DNA of 64,000 nucleotides. It comes from Deltaproteobacteria bacterium. GTDB lineage: Bacteria > Desulfobacterota > Desulfobacteria > Desulfobacterales > C00003060. Below, piece after piece: positions 10,476 through 19,837 of the stretch. Numbering within the stretch: the stretch's first letter is position 1; each line of letters starts with the position of its first letter. The stretch covers positions 1,337-65,336 of the forward strand of contig QMMN01000004.1 in NCBI GenBank assembly GCA_003647275.1, in the 5' to 3' direction. The notes beneath the pieces are model-generated. The model was not told where the DNA came from, made no database searches, and was given only the letters and a program-made list of their open reading frames with translations. Position numbers and translations under genes: made by a program.

Positions 10476-10778
10476 GTGAAGACATTGGCGAAGGTAGATG
10501 CAGTCACAGGATGGAGAAACCTGGAGATCGGGTGTGCCATTACAGAGCCCGGCAGTTCAAGGAAACTTAGAACCGGCGACTGGCGCAGCCAGAGACCGGT
10601 TATAGATCGCGACAAGTGCATCAAGTGCGGTCTTTGCTGGATCTACTGCCCGGACATGGTTTACTCACCTACCAGGAGTGGCTATTTCAAGTGGAACGAG
10701 AATTACTGCAAGGGGTGCGGCATCTGTGCTCATGAATGTCCGAAGGATGCCATTGCCATGGTTATGGAAGGAGAGTAG
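10476..10778 (+). CDS. porD: 2-oxoacid:ferredoxin oxidoreductase delta subunit (2x[4Fe-4S])
   Basis: TGDWRSQRP, CIKCGLCWIYCP, YCKGCGICAHECP. Confidence 0.93.
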   Translation: MKTLAKVDAVTGWRNLEIGCAITEPGSSRKLRTGDWRSQRPVIDRDKCIKCGLCWIYCPDMVYSPTRSGYFKWNENYCKGCGICAHECPKDAIAMVMEGE

Positions 10779-10780
10779 TT

Positions 10781-11959
10781 ATGCCGAGGAAGGTGGGAAT
10801 CGAGGTCTCATTGGCTGCGAGCGAGGCGGCCTGTGCGGCAGATGTCGATGTGATAGCGGCCTACCCAGTTACGCCTCAAACGCACATTGTGGAGCATTTG
10901 TCTGAACTGGTGGCAGACGGCGAATTGGATGCTGAGTTTATTCCTGTGGAATCCGAGCATTCTGCCATGAGCGCATGTATCGGGGCAGCGGCAGCAGGAG
11001 CGCGCACCTTTACGGCAACCAGCGCGCCGGGCCTTGCCCTCATGCATGAGATATTATTTATTGCTCCTTCATTGCGTACCCCGATTGTGATGGTCGTGGC
11101 TAACCGTGCCCTATCCGGGCCCATTAGCATATGGAATGATCACAGTGACATCATGGCCGAGCGAGACTGTGGATGGATACAGACCTTTGCCGAAAATGGC
11201 CAGGAAGTCTTTGACCTGATTATCCATGCCTTCAGGGTGGCCGAAGACCCTGAGGTTTTACTTCCAGTAATCGTGAATATGGATGGGTTTACGCTCAGCC
11301 ACGTGATTGAGCCGATTGAGTTGTTAAGCGCTTCAGAGGTGAGTCAATACCTAAAACCGTACAAGCCGCAAATGGTACTCGACCCCAAAGCGCCCATTAC
11401 TATGGGACCGGTCGGGGTGCCAGAAGTCTATACCGAGGCCAGACAGCAGGCCGAATCGGTCCTGAATGGTTCTAAGAAGGTCATTGTAAAGGCCTGGAAG
11501 GAGTTTGCAAAACAGTACGGACGTTCCTACAAACCGATTGAGACTTACCGAACAAAAGGTGCTGAAGTCATTTTGATGACAATGGGTTCTGTGACGGAGA
11601 CGGCCATGACAGCTGTGGATAGGATGCGCGAAAAGGGCATTCCTGTTGGTCTGATGCGATTTCGTCTCTGGCGGCCGTTCCCCCTTGAAGAATTCAGAAG
11701 GGCTGTAAAGGGGATAAAAACGCTGGCTGTTGTGGATAGGGCTATTTCGTTTGGTGCCCAGGGTGGTCCTGTTTGTTCGAAAGTCAAGTCTGCCCTGTAC
11801 GGGGCACCTGACCAGCCACAGGTCTTTGGATTTATTTCAGGTCTTGGCGGGCGGGATATTACTGTGGCCATGTTTGAGGAGATGGTCAAAAAGGCCATTC
11901 GATATGCCGAAAAGGGCAAAGGCCCCATGTACGAACTGATTGGAGTGAGGGAAAGATAA
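10781..11959 (+). CDS. porA: 2-oxoacid:ferredoxin oxidoreductase alpha subunit
   Basis: AAYPVTPQT, ESEHSAMS, NRALSGPISIWNDHSD; start ATG 10781. Confidence 0.94.
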   Translation: MPRKVGIEVSLAASEAACAADVDVIAAYPVTPQTHIVEHLSELVADGELDAEFIPVESEHSAMSACIGAAAAGARTFTATSAPGLALMHEILFIAPSLRTPIVMVVANRALSGPISIWNDHSDIMAERDCGWIQTFAENGQEVFDLIIHAFRVAEDPEVLLPVIVNMDGFTLSHVIEPIELLSASEVSQYLKPYKPQMVLDPKAPITMGPVGVPEVYTEARQQAESVLNGSKKVIVKAWKEFAKQYGRSYKPIETYRTKGAEVILMTMGSVTETAMTAVDRMREKGIPVGLMRFRLWRPFPLEEFRRAVKGIKTLAVVDRAISFGAQGGPVCSKVKSALYGAPDQPQVFGFISGLGGRDITVAMFEEMVKKAIRYAEKGKGPMYELIGVRER

Positions 11960-12939
11960 TGGACGCTGCGCTGAAAAATTTTAAGAAGTTTACCCCAAAA
12001 TCCTTGCCAAAGGTGGAAGCCCTGGCCCAAGGCCACCGTGCCTGCCAGGGGTGCGGGGAGGTGCTTGCCCTTCGCATGGCACTCAAGGCCATGGGCAAGA
12101 ATATGATCGTAGCAAGCGCTACCGGATGTATGGAGATCATCACGTCTCCCTATCCCCAGACCGCCTGGGAGGTGCCGTGGATTCACGTGGCTTTTGAAAA
12201 TGCGGCAGCCGTGGCCTCTGGGATTGAGGCGGGTCGAAAGGCCCTGATGCGAAAGGGGAGGCTACCGAAGCAACGGACCACCATCGTTGCCATGGCAGGG
12301 GACGGCGGCACGGCCGACATCGGAATCCAGGCCCTGTCTGGTGCCCTGGAACGGGGACACGATTTTGTCTATATCTGCCTCGACAATGAAGCTTACATGA
12401 ATACAGGTATCCAGAGGTCAAGCGCCACCCCTTATGGTGCCATGACCACGACATCCCCTCCGGGAAAGTTGAGTATTGGACAGCACACCTGGAAAAAAAA
12501 TCTGCCAGCCATCGCGGCCGCTCATGGGATCCCCTATGTGGCCACAGCCTCACCGGCTTATTATCTGGACCTGATGAACAAGGCCAAAAAGGCGGCCATG
12601 ATCAAAGGCCCGGCCTACCTGCACATATATTCTCCCTGCCCCACAGGCTGGCGTCTTGCTCCAGAGCGAGCCGTTGAAATCAGCCGGTTGGCCGTGCAAA
12701 CCAATATCTTTCCATTGTATGAAGTCATGGATGGACAGTATATCTTAACCAAGAAGATCAAAAAGCCGAAACCTGTGGAGGTGTACTTGAAACTCCAGGG
12801 ACGATTCCGTCACTTGGACAAGAAGACTATCAAGGAAATCCAGGACAGGGTTGACCGGGAATATGAGATCCTTGTTCAGAAGGCGGCATCCACAGACGCA
12901 GAAGAAGCTGATCGTTCGGCGGCTAAGGAAAGTCGCTGA
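11959..12939 (+). CDS. porB: 2-oxoacid:ferredoxin oxidoreductase beta subunit (TPP-binding)
   Basis: GHRACQGC, ATGCMEI, GDGGTADIG, DNEAYMNTGIQRS, SPCPTGW. Confidence 0.94.
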   Translation: MDAALKNFKKFTPKSLPKVEALAQGHRACQGCGEVLALRMALKAMGKNMIVASATGCMEIITSPYPQTAWEVPWIHVAFENAAAVASGIEAGRKALMRKGRLPKQRTTIVAMAGDGGTADIGIQALSGALERGHDFVYICLDNEAYMNTGIQRSSATPYGAMTTTSPPGKLSIGQHTWKKNLPAIAAAHGIPYVATASPAYYLDLMNKAKKAAMIKGPAYLHIYSPCPTGWRLAPERAVEISRLAVQTNIFPLYEVMDGQYILTKKIKKPKPVEVYLKLQGRFRHLDKKTIKEIQDRVDREYEILVQKAASTDAEEADRSAAKESR

Positions 12940-13181
12940 AAGAATGGTCGCCTGAAGACAATTATAATTATAGAGACGTCCATCATGTCACTGCCATAAA
13001 ACTCCACCCTTTGGCCTGCATACTTTATTGAGGCGTTTTCCGAATTTTCGTGATGTCGCATCTTTCAGAAAAAACAGCTTCCTAAATTTCAAGCATAGGA
13101 CTTCGTTTGCCAAACACGCAGTGAATTGATCCACGCCAGGGCACGCATGTGTGCTGAAATTTTTTCTTGCTTCCCTTGAAA

Positions 13182-13197
13182 TGGCATATCTTGTGCA
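13182..13197 (+). promoter_or_regulatory. Candidate sigma-54 promoter
   Basis: TGGCATATCTTGTGCA has GG-N10-GC spacing (imperfect: GT instead of TT before GC); predicted TSS ~13208. Confidence 0.35.
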
Positions 13198-13208
13198 TTA
13201 TTTTATAT

Positions 13209-13307
13209 GGCGGAAGTCTGGGGACGGTGGCGAATGCAAGTCTCACCGCACTTATACTTATACAAAATATTGGGATGAGACCACGACCCCGACTCCGGAT
13301 TTCCTCC
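13209..13307 (+). ncRNA. Putative ~100-nt rod-like structured RNA or leader upstream of acsV
   Basis: GGCGGAAGTCTGGGGACGG pairs with CCGACTCCGGATTTCCTCC (with G-U pairs); GTCTCA pairs with TGAGAC; AU-rich apical loop. Confidence 0.4.
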
Positions 13308-13690
13308 TTCTTAATCCTACCAACAACAGGCAACCTTTCGAAAATCCTTGCAAAAACGTATTTCCGAGAAGACGGGCATCGTGGACTTCCCCAATGAAAC
13401 ATGACCCTTTATCTGAAGAATTCATAAGCCAAATACCAAGATCCCATTTCTTGTATAGAGGGGCGTAAATGCCCACGGCCCCTCGCAAGGCGAGGCGCAC
13501 GCAAAACTACTTGACCAAACAAGGTGCCTGTGATTAAATTCTCACCATCAAAGACCAGGCCGACTGCCGGGAATCTCCAGCTGAGTTAATTTGGACCTAT
13601 GATGCCGCACTTCCTCGATTGGCATTGTCGCCAACCGAGGACCTGCACTACCCGATTGCGGAATGAAGTGGCGCTAAGTTCTGTTTCAAT

Positions 13691-15691
13691 ATGAAGTACA
13701 CTCTCACCTTCGAGCCGGACAAGACAACCATTCGCGTTGACAAGGGGACCAACCTGTTAGAGGCGGCCCTTGCAGCCGGTGTGCATATCAATGCCTCGTG
13801 CGGTGGGCAGGGTGTTTGCGGCAAGTGCCGTGTGATCATAGAAGCAGGGGAGGTTGAAAGCGAAAAGACCGAACATATCAGTGAGGCGGAATACGCGCAG
13901 GGATATCGGCAGGCGTGTAGAACCTCTGTTCTTTCAAACTGTACTGTGCGAATTCCTCTTGAGTCAAGGGGCCTCAAAGGGGTTGTGGCGCAGAAACTCG
14001 ATATGGGAAGGGCGGAGCGTAAGATTTCTACCCTTGAGACAAAACCTTTGGCTGAAGGCTGGGCGTTTGAACCCATGACGATCAAGGTGCCCGTCCAACT
14101 TACACCGCCCACGTTGCAGGATAATGTTAGCGACCTGACACGCCTTTTTACAGGACTAAGAAAACAGCATCACATTGAAAATATTTCTGTAGATGTTCGA
14201 TGTCTCAAAACCATGCCAGAGCGCCTCAGGGCCGGTGATTGGTCTGTTACAGCCACGCTGATGGCCATCCCGGAACCAGAGACGATTTCATTTCTGGAAC
14301 AAAAATTTTCAATGTTGAAACTTGTCCGCTTAGAGCCTGGTGATACCTCTGGCCAGAATCTGGCTATTGCTTTGGATGTTGGAACAACAACCATATGCGC
14401 TCAACTTGTTGATCTTAAAACAGGGACAGTTCTATCGGAAAGGGCTGAATATAATAGACAGGCTGAATACGGCGACGATGTCATTACCCGAATTGTATAC
14501 GCACAAAAGCCCGAAGGGAAAAAAAAGTTGCAATCTTTGGTTCTATCCTCCATCAATCAGGTGATTGATGAGCTTTTGGAACAGACTGGAGGCTCAAAAA
14601 AGAGCATCTCATGCATTGCTGCGGCCGGCAATACCACGATGACACATCTCCTGCTGGGCTTGGAAACACGCTACATCAGGGAGACGCCATATGTGCCAGC
14701 GGCCAATTTTATGCCACTGGTTTCGGCATCAGATGTGGGCATTGATGTGCCTGATTGTGTAAAGCTCTATAGTTTTCCTGCAGTAGCCAGTTATGTTGGA
14801 GGGGATATTGTCTCTGGCATACTAGGTTCGGGTGTCTTTCAAAACAAAGATCTCACCCTTTATATGGACATTGGCACCAACGGAGAGATCGTCCTCGGGA
14901 ACCGTGATTGGCTGGCCTGTGCGGCATGTTCCATGGGGCCTGCTTTTGAAGGGGGGGGGATAAAGCACGGCATGCGTGCTGACTTGGGAGCTATCGAGGG
15001 GTTCCACATCAACCCAGTGACCCTGGAACCCATGATCATCACGGTCGGCAGGAAAAGACCACGAGGGATTTGTGGGTCCGGCCTGATTAGTATCTTGGCT
15101 GAACTCCTTTGTGCGTGTGTGATCGACCGCGGCGGAAAATTTGTTCAGAACCTGTCTTCTGACCGAATACGACCTGGGCCGTTCGGATATGAATATGTGC
15201 TGGTTTGGGCACAAGATTCTGCCATCGGCCAGGATATCGTGATCACCGAGGTTGATATTGAGAACCTGATTCGTGCCAAGGGGGCTCTTTTTGCCGGATG
15301 TTTGACGCTACTTGAAAGCTTCGAACTCTCGTTCCAGGACCTGGATCGCGTGATCATCGCAGGCGCCTTTGGTCGATACATCAACATCGAAAAGGGAAAA
15401 CAGATTGGACTCTTTCCGGATATCCCTTTGGAAAAATTTCATTTTCTGGGGAATGGATCCCTCCTGGGATCCCGTTTGGTTTGCTTGTCCAGAGGGATGT
15501 TACGTGAGGTAGAACAGATTGCCAGAATGATGACGAATATTGAGCTGAGCGACAATTCTTCCTTTATGGACAAATACATGGCAGCCCTTTTTCTTCCACA
15601 TACAGAGACCCGCCTCTTTTCGAACGTGACGGACTACCTTGATGCGGCGTGTGAAATGATCTGGAATGAGAGGAAGGGTCAATGTCCATGA
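13691..15691 (+). CDS. acsV: ASKHA-domain [2Fe-2S] reductive activator of corrinoid protein (RACo/AcsV-like)
   Basis: N-terminal CGGQGVCGKC...RQAC ferredoxin; DVGTTT, YGDDVITRI, YVGGDIVSG, DIGTNGEI, GPAFEGG, GICGSG. Confidence 0.9.
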   Translation: MKYTLTFEPDKTTIRVDKGTNLLEAALAAGVHINASCGGQGVCGKCRVIIEAGEVESEKTEHISEAEYAQGYRQACRTSVLSNCTVRIPLESRGLKGVVAQKLDMGRAERKISTLETKPLAEGWAFEPMTIKVPVQLTPPTLQDNVSDLTRLFTGLRKQHHIENISVDVRCLKTMPERLRAGDWSVTATLMAIPEPETISFLEQKFSMLKLVRLEPGDTSGQNLAIALDVGTTTICAQLVDLKTGTVLSERAEYNRQAEYGDDVITRIVYAQKPEGKKKLQSLVLSSINQVIDELLEQTGGSKKSISCIAAAGNTTMTHLLLGLETRYIRETPYVPAANFMPLVSASDVGIDVPDCVKLYSFPAVASYVGGDIVSGILGSGVFQNKDLTLYMDIGTNGEIVLGNRDWLACAACSMGPAFEGGGIKHGMRADLGAIEGFHINPVTLEPMIITVGRKRPRGICGSGLISILAELLCACVIDRGGKFVQNLSSDRIRPGPFGYEYVLVWAQDSAIGQDIVITEVDIENLIRAKGALFAGCLTLLESFELSFQDLDRVIIAGAFGRYINIEKGKQIGLFPDIPLEKFHFLGNGSLLGSRLVCLSRGMLREVEQIARMMTNIELSDNSSFMDKYMAALFLPHTETRLFSNVTDYLDAACEMIWNERKGQCP

Positions 15692-16440
15692 TGATTGCCA
15701 TGGCTGGCAAGGGTGGGACCGGCAAGACCACGATTGCAGGTCTTCTCATCCGGTTTCTTCTAAAAAAAGGGATGGTGCCAATCCTTGCCGTGGATGCCGA
15801 TTCCAATGCGAATTTAAATGAGGTGCTGGGACTCAAGGTAGAGATGACGCTGGGCGAAGCCAGGGAGGGGATCAAGGATGGGGTGCCCCCAGGTATGACC
15901 AGGGATCTCTACATGGAGTATAAGGTCCAGGCGTCCTTGGTAGAGAGCCAGGGGTATGACCTTATCGTCATGGGTCGGCCTGAAGGCCCGGGCTGTTATT
16001 GCCATGCCAACACGCTGCTATCCCGGTACATGGACCGATTGTGTGGAAATTACCGGGTCGTGGTCATGGACAATGAGGCCGGGATGGAGCATATCAGTCG
16101 TCTGGTCGCCCGTCAGGCGGATATTCTGCTGATTGTGTCCGACCCCACCCAACGTGGACTACTGGCGGCCGTGCGGATTCGTGATCTGGCCAGGGAACTT
16201 CGTCTTAATATCAAAAAAGACTATGTGATTATCAACCGGGTCAATCAGGAGCTACCTCTAACTGCCAAGGATGCGATAGAAGCGGCTGGGTTAAATCTGG
16301 CTGGATGGGTACCAGAGGACGAGCTGATTACCCAGTACGACACCGAGGGGCGGCCGACAGTGGACTTGCCGGATGATGCCAAGTCGGTGCAGGCGCTGAA
16401 TGAGATTTTTGAGAACATCATATCGATTGACGATTATTGA
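15682..16440 (+). CDS. cooC: CO dehydrogenase / acetyl-CoA synthase nickel-insertion ATPase (CooC/AcsF-like)
   Basis: GKGGTGKTT, DADSNANL, GPGCYC, DNEAGMEHISR. Confidence 0.92.
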   Translation: MSMMIAMAGKGGTGKTTIAGLLIRFLLKKGMVPILAVDADSNANLNEVLGLKVEMTLGEAREGIKDGVPPGMTRDLYMEYKVQASLVESQGYDLIVMGRPEGPGCYCHANTLLSRYMDRLCGNYRVVVMDNEAGMEHISRLVARQADILLIVSDPTQRGLLAAVRIRDLARELRLNIKKDYVIINRVNQELPLTAKDAIEAAGLNLAGWVPEDELITQYDTEGRPTVDLPDDAKSVQALNEIFENIISIDDY

Positions 16441-16452
16441 TTGATTGTTGAG

Positions 16453-16576
16453 AAGTGAGCTAAAGTGCCTAAAATGCCTAAAGTGAGCTAAAGTTGAGGA
16501 CTCAAAGAAACCTTATTACTTACTTTGTTCTTTTAACTTTAGGCACTTTAGCTCACTTTAGCTCATTTTAGGCACT
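16453..16576. repeat. Inverted array of 9/10-mers (AGTGCCTAA / AGTGAGCTAA and their complements)
   Basis: Left arm 16453-16495 is complementary to right arm 16535-16576. Confidence 0.85.
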
Positions 16577-16587
16577 CTGTAATTGAC

Positions 16588-18303
16588 GTGCTTCGGGAAC
16601 TTTCCATCAGGAATTTTGCCATCATCAACGACCTTTCGGTGACCTTCCAGGAAGGCCTCACCATGTTGACCGGAGAGACAGGTGCTGGTAAATCGATTAT
16701 TATCAATGCGGTAAACCTGCTTTTGGGGAGCAGGGCCTCACCCGATTTGATCCGGACTTCAGAAGACACCGCTGAGCTTGAAGCCTTGTTTGAGGTCCCG
16801 CCTGATAGCCAGGCAGGCATGGTTGCACGGGCGCAGGGGTTTGATGTGTCAGAGGGGCTGTTGGTCCGGCGCATCATCCAAAGGAACAGCCGACACAGGA
16901 TCTATATTAATGGCCGTCTGGCCACCGTACAGATGCTGTCAGCGATCAACGAGCATCTTGCCAGTATTTCTGGTCAGCATGCCCACCAGAGCTTATTGAA
17001 ACCAGAACAGCACCTTTTGGTGATCGACCAGTTTGGAGACCTGATCGAGCTGCGTGGCCGCGTCTCGGCGTGCTATCAACAGATGCTTCCGTTGCTCAGG
17101 AAATTGGCCGACTTAAAGCGTCAACACATCCAGCAAGCCGAGCACCGAGAACTTCTTGAGTTTCAATGTCGTGAGATCCAGCAGGCGCAGGTAGCTCCGG
17201 AAGAAGACAGAAAACTGGAGCAGGAACGCCAGCGCCTGAAGCACGCCGAGCGGCTATATGAAACCGTGGGCAAGTGTGTGGACCGCCTCTATGGAGCTGA
17301 AGGGGCCGTGGTTGAATACGTGACCGAGGTCGGAAGGGAGCTTCAAGCACTCAGCAGCATTGATTCCTCCCTGTCCGTTGTGGCAGAAAGGGTGCAGGAA
17401 GCTTCTTTTCAGTTGGAAGACATTGCCAATGATCTGCGTAGCTATCTTCACAGCGTTGTCTTTGATAGCGATCGACTGGAAACCATAGAAACGCGACTCG
17501 ATGTGCTCCAAAGACTGAAGCGAAAGTACGACGGGTCTCTTGAATCGGTGCTGGCCCACGGCAAGGCGGCTGAACAGGAGCTAAAACGTATATCGTTTTT
17601 GCCAGAGCAAATCGCTGAAACAGAGGAAAAGCTTGACCAGTTGTATAAAAAACTCTGCAAGCTGTGCCATGAACTATCTGAGAAGAGGCGGGAAGCGGCC
17701 GAACGACTCTCCGAAAGGGTTCAGCAAGAGTTGGCCTCTCTGGGGATGTCAGGCACCCGGTTTGAGGTCAAGTTTAAACCCAGTCCGGTTGATGAGGGTG
17801 CAGATCCTTATCTTGTGTTGGATAACAGCGGTATAGAGGCCACGGGTATCGACCGTGTTGATTTCCTGATTGCCCCAAATGTGGGTGAAGATTTGAGACC
17901 ACTTGCCCAGATCGCTTCGGGCGGTGAACTTTCCCGGATTATCCTTGCGCTGAAAGCGATTTTGGCGACCAAGGGGTCCGTGGAGACCCTAATCTTTGAT
18001 GAAGTGGACGCAGGCATCGGCGGGGGCGTGGCTGAGGTCGTAGGCCGGAAGCTACAGGTCCTGGCCCGTTATCATCAGGTAATCTGCATCACACATCTTC
18101 CGCAGATTGCTCAGTTTGGAAAGCATCATTTCAAGATTGCAAAGAGGGTTTACAGGGGACGCACCCGGACCACGATGACGCCCTTACACGGAGAGAAGCG
18201 TGTGAAAGAGATGGCTCGTATGCTGGGCGGGGTAAAGATCACCAAGAAAACCTTGGATCACGCCCGGGAAATGATGGCGGGCCGGGGGAATCGTGAACCG
18301 TGA
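16588..18303 (+). CDS. recN: DNA repair protein RecN
   Basis: LTGETGAGKS, ASGGELSR, IFDEVDAGIGG, CITHLPQIA. Confidence 0.96.
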   Translation: MLRELSIRNFAIINDLSVTFQEGLTMLTGETGAGKSIIINAVNLLLGSRASPDLIRTSEDTAELEALFEVPPDSQAGMVARAQGFDVSEGLLVRRIIQRNSRHRIYINGRLATVQMLSAINEHLASISGQHAHQSLLKPEQHLLVIDQFGDLIELRGRVSACYQQMLPLLRKLADLKRQHIQQAEHRELLEFQCREIQQAQVAPEEDRKLEQERQRLKHAERLYETVGKCVDRLYGAEGAVVEYVTEVGRELQALSSIDSSLSVVAERVQEASFQLEDIANDLRSYLHSVVFDSDRLETIETRLDVLQRLKRKYDGSLESVLAHGKAAEQELKRISFLPEQIAETEEKLDQLYKKLCKLCHELSEKRREAAERLSERVQQELASLGMSGTRFEVKFKPSPVDEGADPYLVLDNSGIEATGIDRVDFLIAPNVGEDLRPLAQIASGGELSRIILALKAILATKGSVETLIFDEVDAGIGGGVAEVVGRKLQVLARYHQVICITHLPQIAQFGKHHFKIAKRVYRGRTRTTMTPLHGEKRVKEMARMLGGVKITKKTLDHAREMMAGRGNREP

Positions 18304-18457
18304 ATCGTGAATCGTGAACCGGAATGTGGAAACTCGATGTTCGATGCCGGATGCCCGATGCCTCTTGTCACTGGTCATTCAAGACACGACCCGCAACGAA
18401 TGACGAATGACAAGTGACTAATGACGAATAACGAATAACGAATAACGAATGACGAAA
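18290..18457. repeat. Composite heptamer array (TCGTGAA, CGATG(C/T)(C/T), AATGACG/AATAACG) sharing a core with the 8640-8840 element
   Basis: GATGCCTCTTGTCACTGGTCATTCAAGACACGACC (18357) versus GATGCCTCTTATCACTGATCATTTCAAGACAGAACC (8708). Confidence 0.85.
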
Positions 18458-19399
18458 ATGGATAAGCATATCTTGGTAGGAATCGATGGTTCGCCTGCGA
18501 GCATGGCTGCGGTGAAATATCTCGGGTCGGTCTTTGGGAAAAGCAAGCGTGTGGTGGTGGACCTGCTCCATATCCTTCCTGACATCCCACCCCTTTTTCT
18601 GGAACCAGGGGAAAGCATGGCCGAGTTGTTACAGCTCCAAGATTTCAGTGTGCAGGTGGAAAAGGAGAATCGAAAAAAAGCTGCCTTGATCATGGATGAG
18701 GCCAAGCAGATTTTGACCAGGGCCGGTATGGACCCCACAAATATTCGGCCCTTGATAAGAGATCGCTCAGGTGGTGTGGCTCGTGATATCCTTGAGCTCG
18801 AAGACAAGGGGGTCTATGATGCAATTGTGCTTGGACGACACGGCATGAGTCGTTTGGAAGAGTTTTTCATGGGGAGTGTGACGCACAAGGTGCTCCAGCA
18901 TACCAAGGGCTTGCCGCTGTGCATGGTGGATGGTGAAGTTGATTCGCCAAAGCTTTTGGTACCGGTTGACGGCTCCCCGAATTCAAAGCGCGTTCTGGAC
19001 AAGGTTGCATGGCTCCTGGCTGAGGCAGGTCCCATGGAGGTGACCATCTTACATGTGGTGACCCCGCTGATTCTAAAAGAGATGACTTTGATGTGGACAG
19101 AACTGGCTTACGTCGAGTCGAGCATTGAGCAAAGGGTGATAAGCGATGCCGAAGAAATGCTCTTTCAGGCCAAGACCTATCTCATAGAAAGTGATGTGCC
19201 GGCCTTTGCGATCAATACACGTCTTGAGACGAGAGTACCCGTGGTTCGCTCCATTTTAAAGGAGGCCAGGGAGGGTGGATACGGTTCCATCATGATTGGT
19301 CGTCGTGGGATCTCACGCATCAAACGGTTTCTCTTTGGAAGTGTCTCCAATAAGGTCGTCCAGCAGGCAAGGGATATGGCCGTTTGGGTCATTTCTTGA
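18458..19399 (+). CDS. Tandem-domain universal stress protein
   Basis: HILVGIDGS...IVLGRHG...GSVTHKV and LLVPVDGS...IMIGRRG...GSVSNKV. Confidence 0.92.
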   Translation: MDKHILVGIDGSPASMAAVKYLGSVFGKSKRVVVDLLHILPDIPPLFLEPGESMAELLQLQDFSVQVEKENRKKAALIMDEAKQILTRAGMDPTNIRPLIRDRSGGVARDILELEDKGVYDAIVLGRHGMSRLEEFFMGSVTHKVLQHTKGLPLCMVDGEVDSPKLLVPVDGSPNSKRVLDKVAWLLAEAGPMEVTILHVVTPLILKEMTLMWTELAYVESSIEQRVISDAEEMLFQAKTYLIESDVPAFAINTRLETRVPVVRSILKEAREGGYGSIMIGRRGISRIKRFLFGSVSNKVVQQARDMAVWVIS

Positions 19400-19562
19400 C
19401 GGGCTGTTGCCCAAATAATGACAATTGAAGCTCCCTGCCCACAGGGCGGGGGTTTTGCCTGCGACAGCGCTTTGCGTTCGAGGAGCCGTCCGATCAAGGT
19501 ATAGCCCTCCTTTGATATTTGCTTTTTTCATGCCAGGTGCAGGCTGTTTGGACAACAGCCTG
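19400..19562. mobile_element. MITE-like element, family A (opposite orientation to 6782-6924)
   Basis: Ends GGGCTGTTGCCCAAA and TTTGGACAACAGCCTG; internal similarity to the 6782-6924 copy. Confidence 0.7.
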
Positions 19563-19837
19563 TTAATCAGATTTTGATCATGGTGCCGCGTGTAGAGCGG
19601 TGTAGAGCGTATGAAAGGATTGCCATATTCGTGTTGTGTAATCCTTGACAAAGTAAGCGCTATCGATTAGTGAATGCCCATCCATAAATAACCTGTAAAA
19701 GACTGGGTACTAGAAGCGAATTTCTTTGCCCTCCGAAGACCTAGTCAGTGAAAAAGTGGTCAATCGTCATTATTTGCCATTCAAGATGGGAGCCAACAGG
19801 GAGACACTAAAAAGCTTAGCCACAAGGAGGAGTCGTC

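Noticed and set aside
13082-13500. ORFs of ~80-106 aa in the por-acsV spacer
   Set aside because: Overlapping ORFs on both strands, no motifs or RBS; the region looks regulatory.
13520-13650. Cobalamin riboswitch-like words (GGTGCC, GGGAA, GACCTGC) upstream of acsV
   Set aside because: The B12-box core (GGTG.AA.TCC...CTG.CCC.CAACTGT) is absent.
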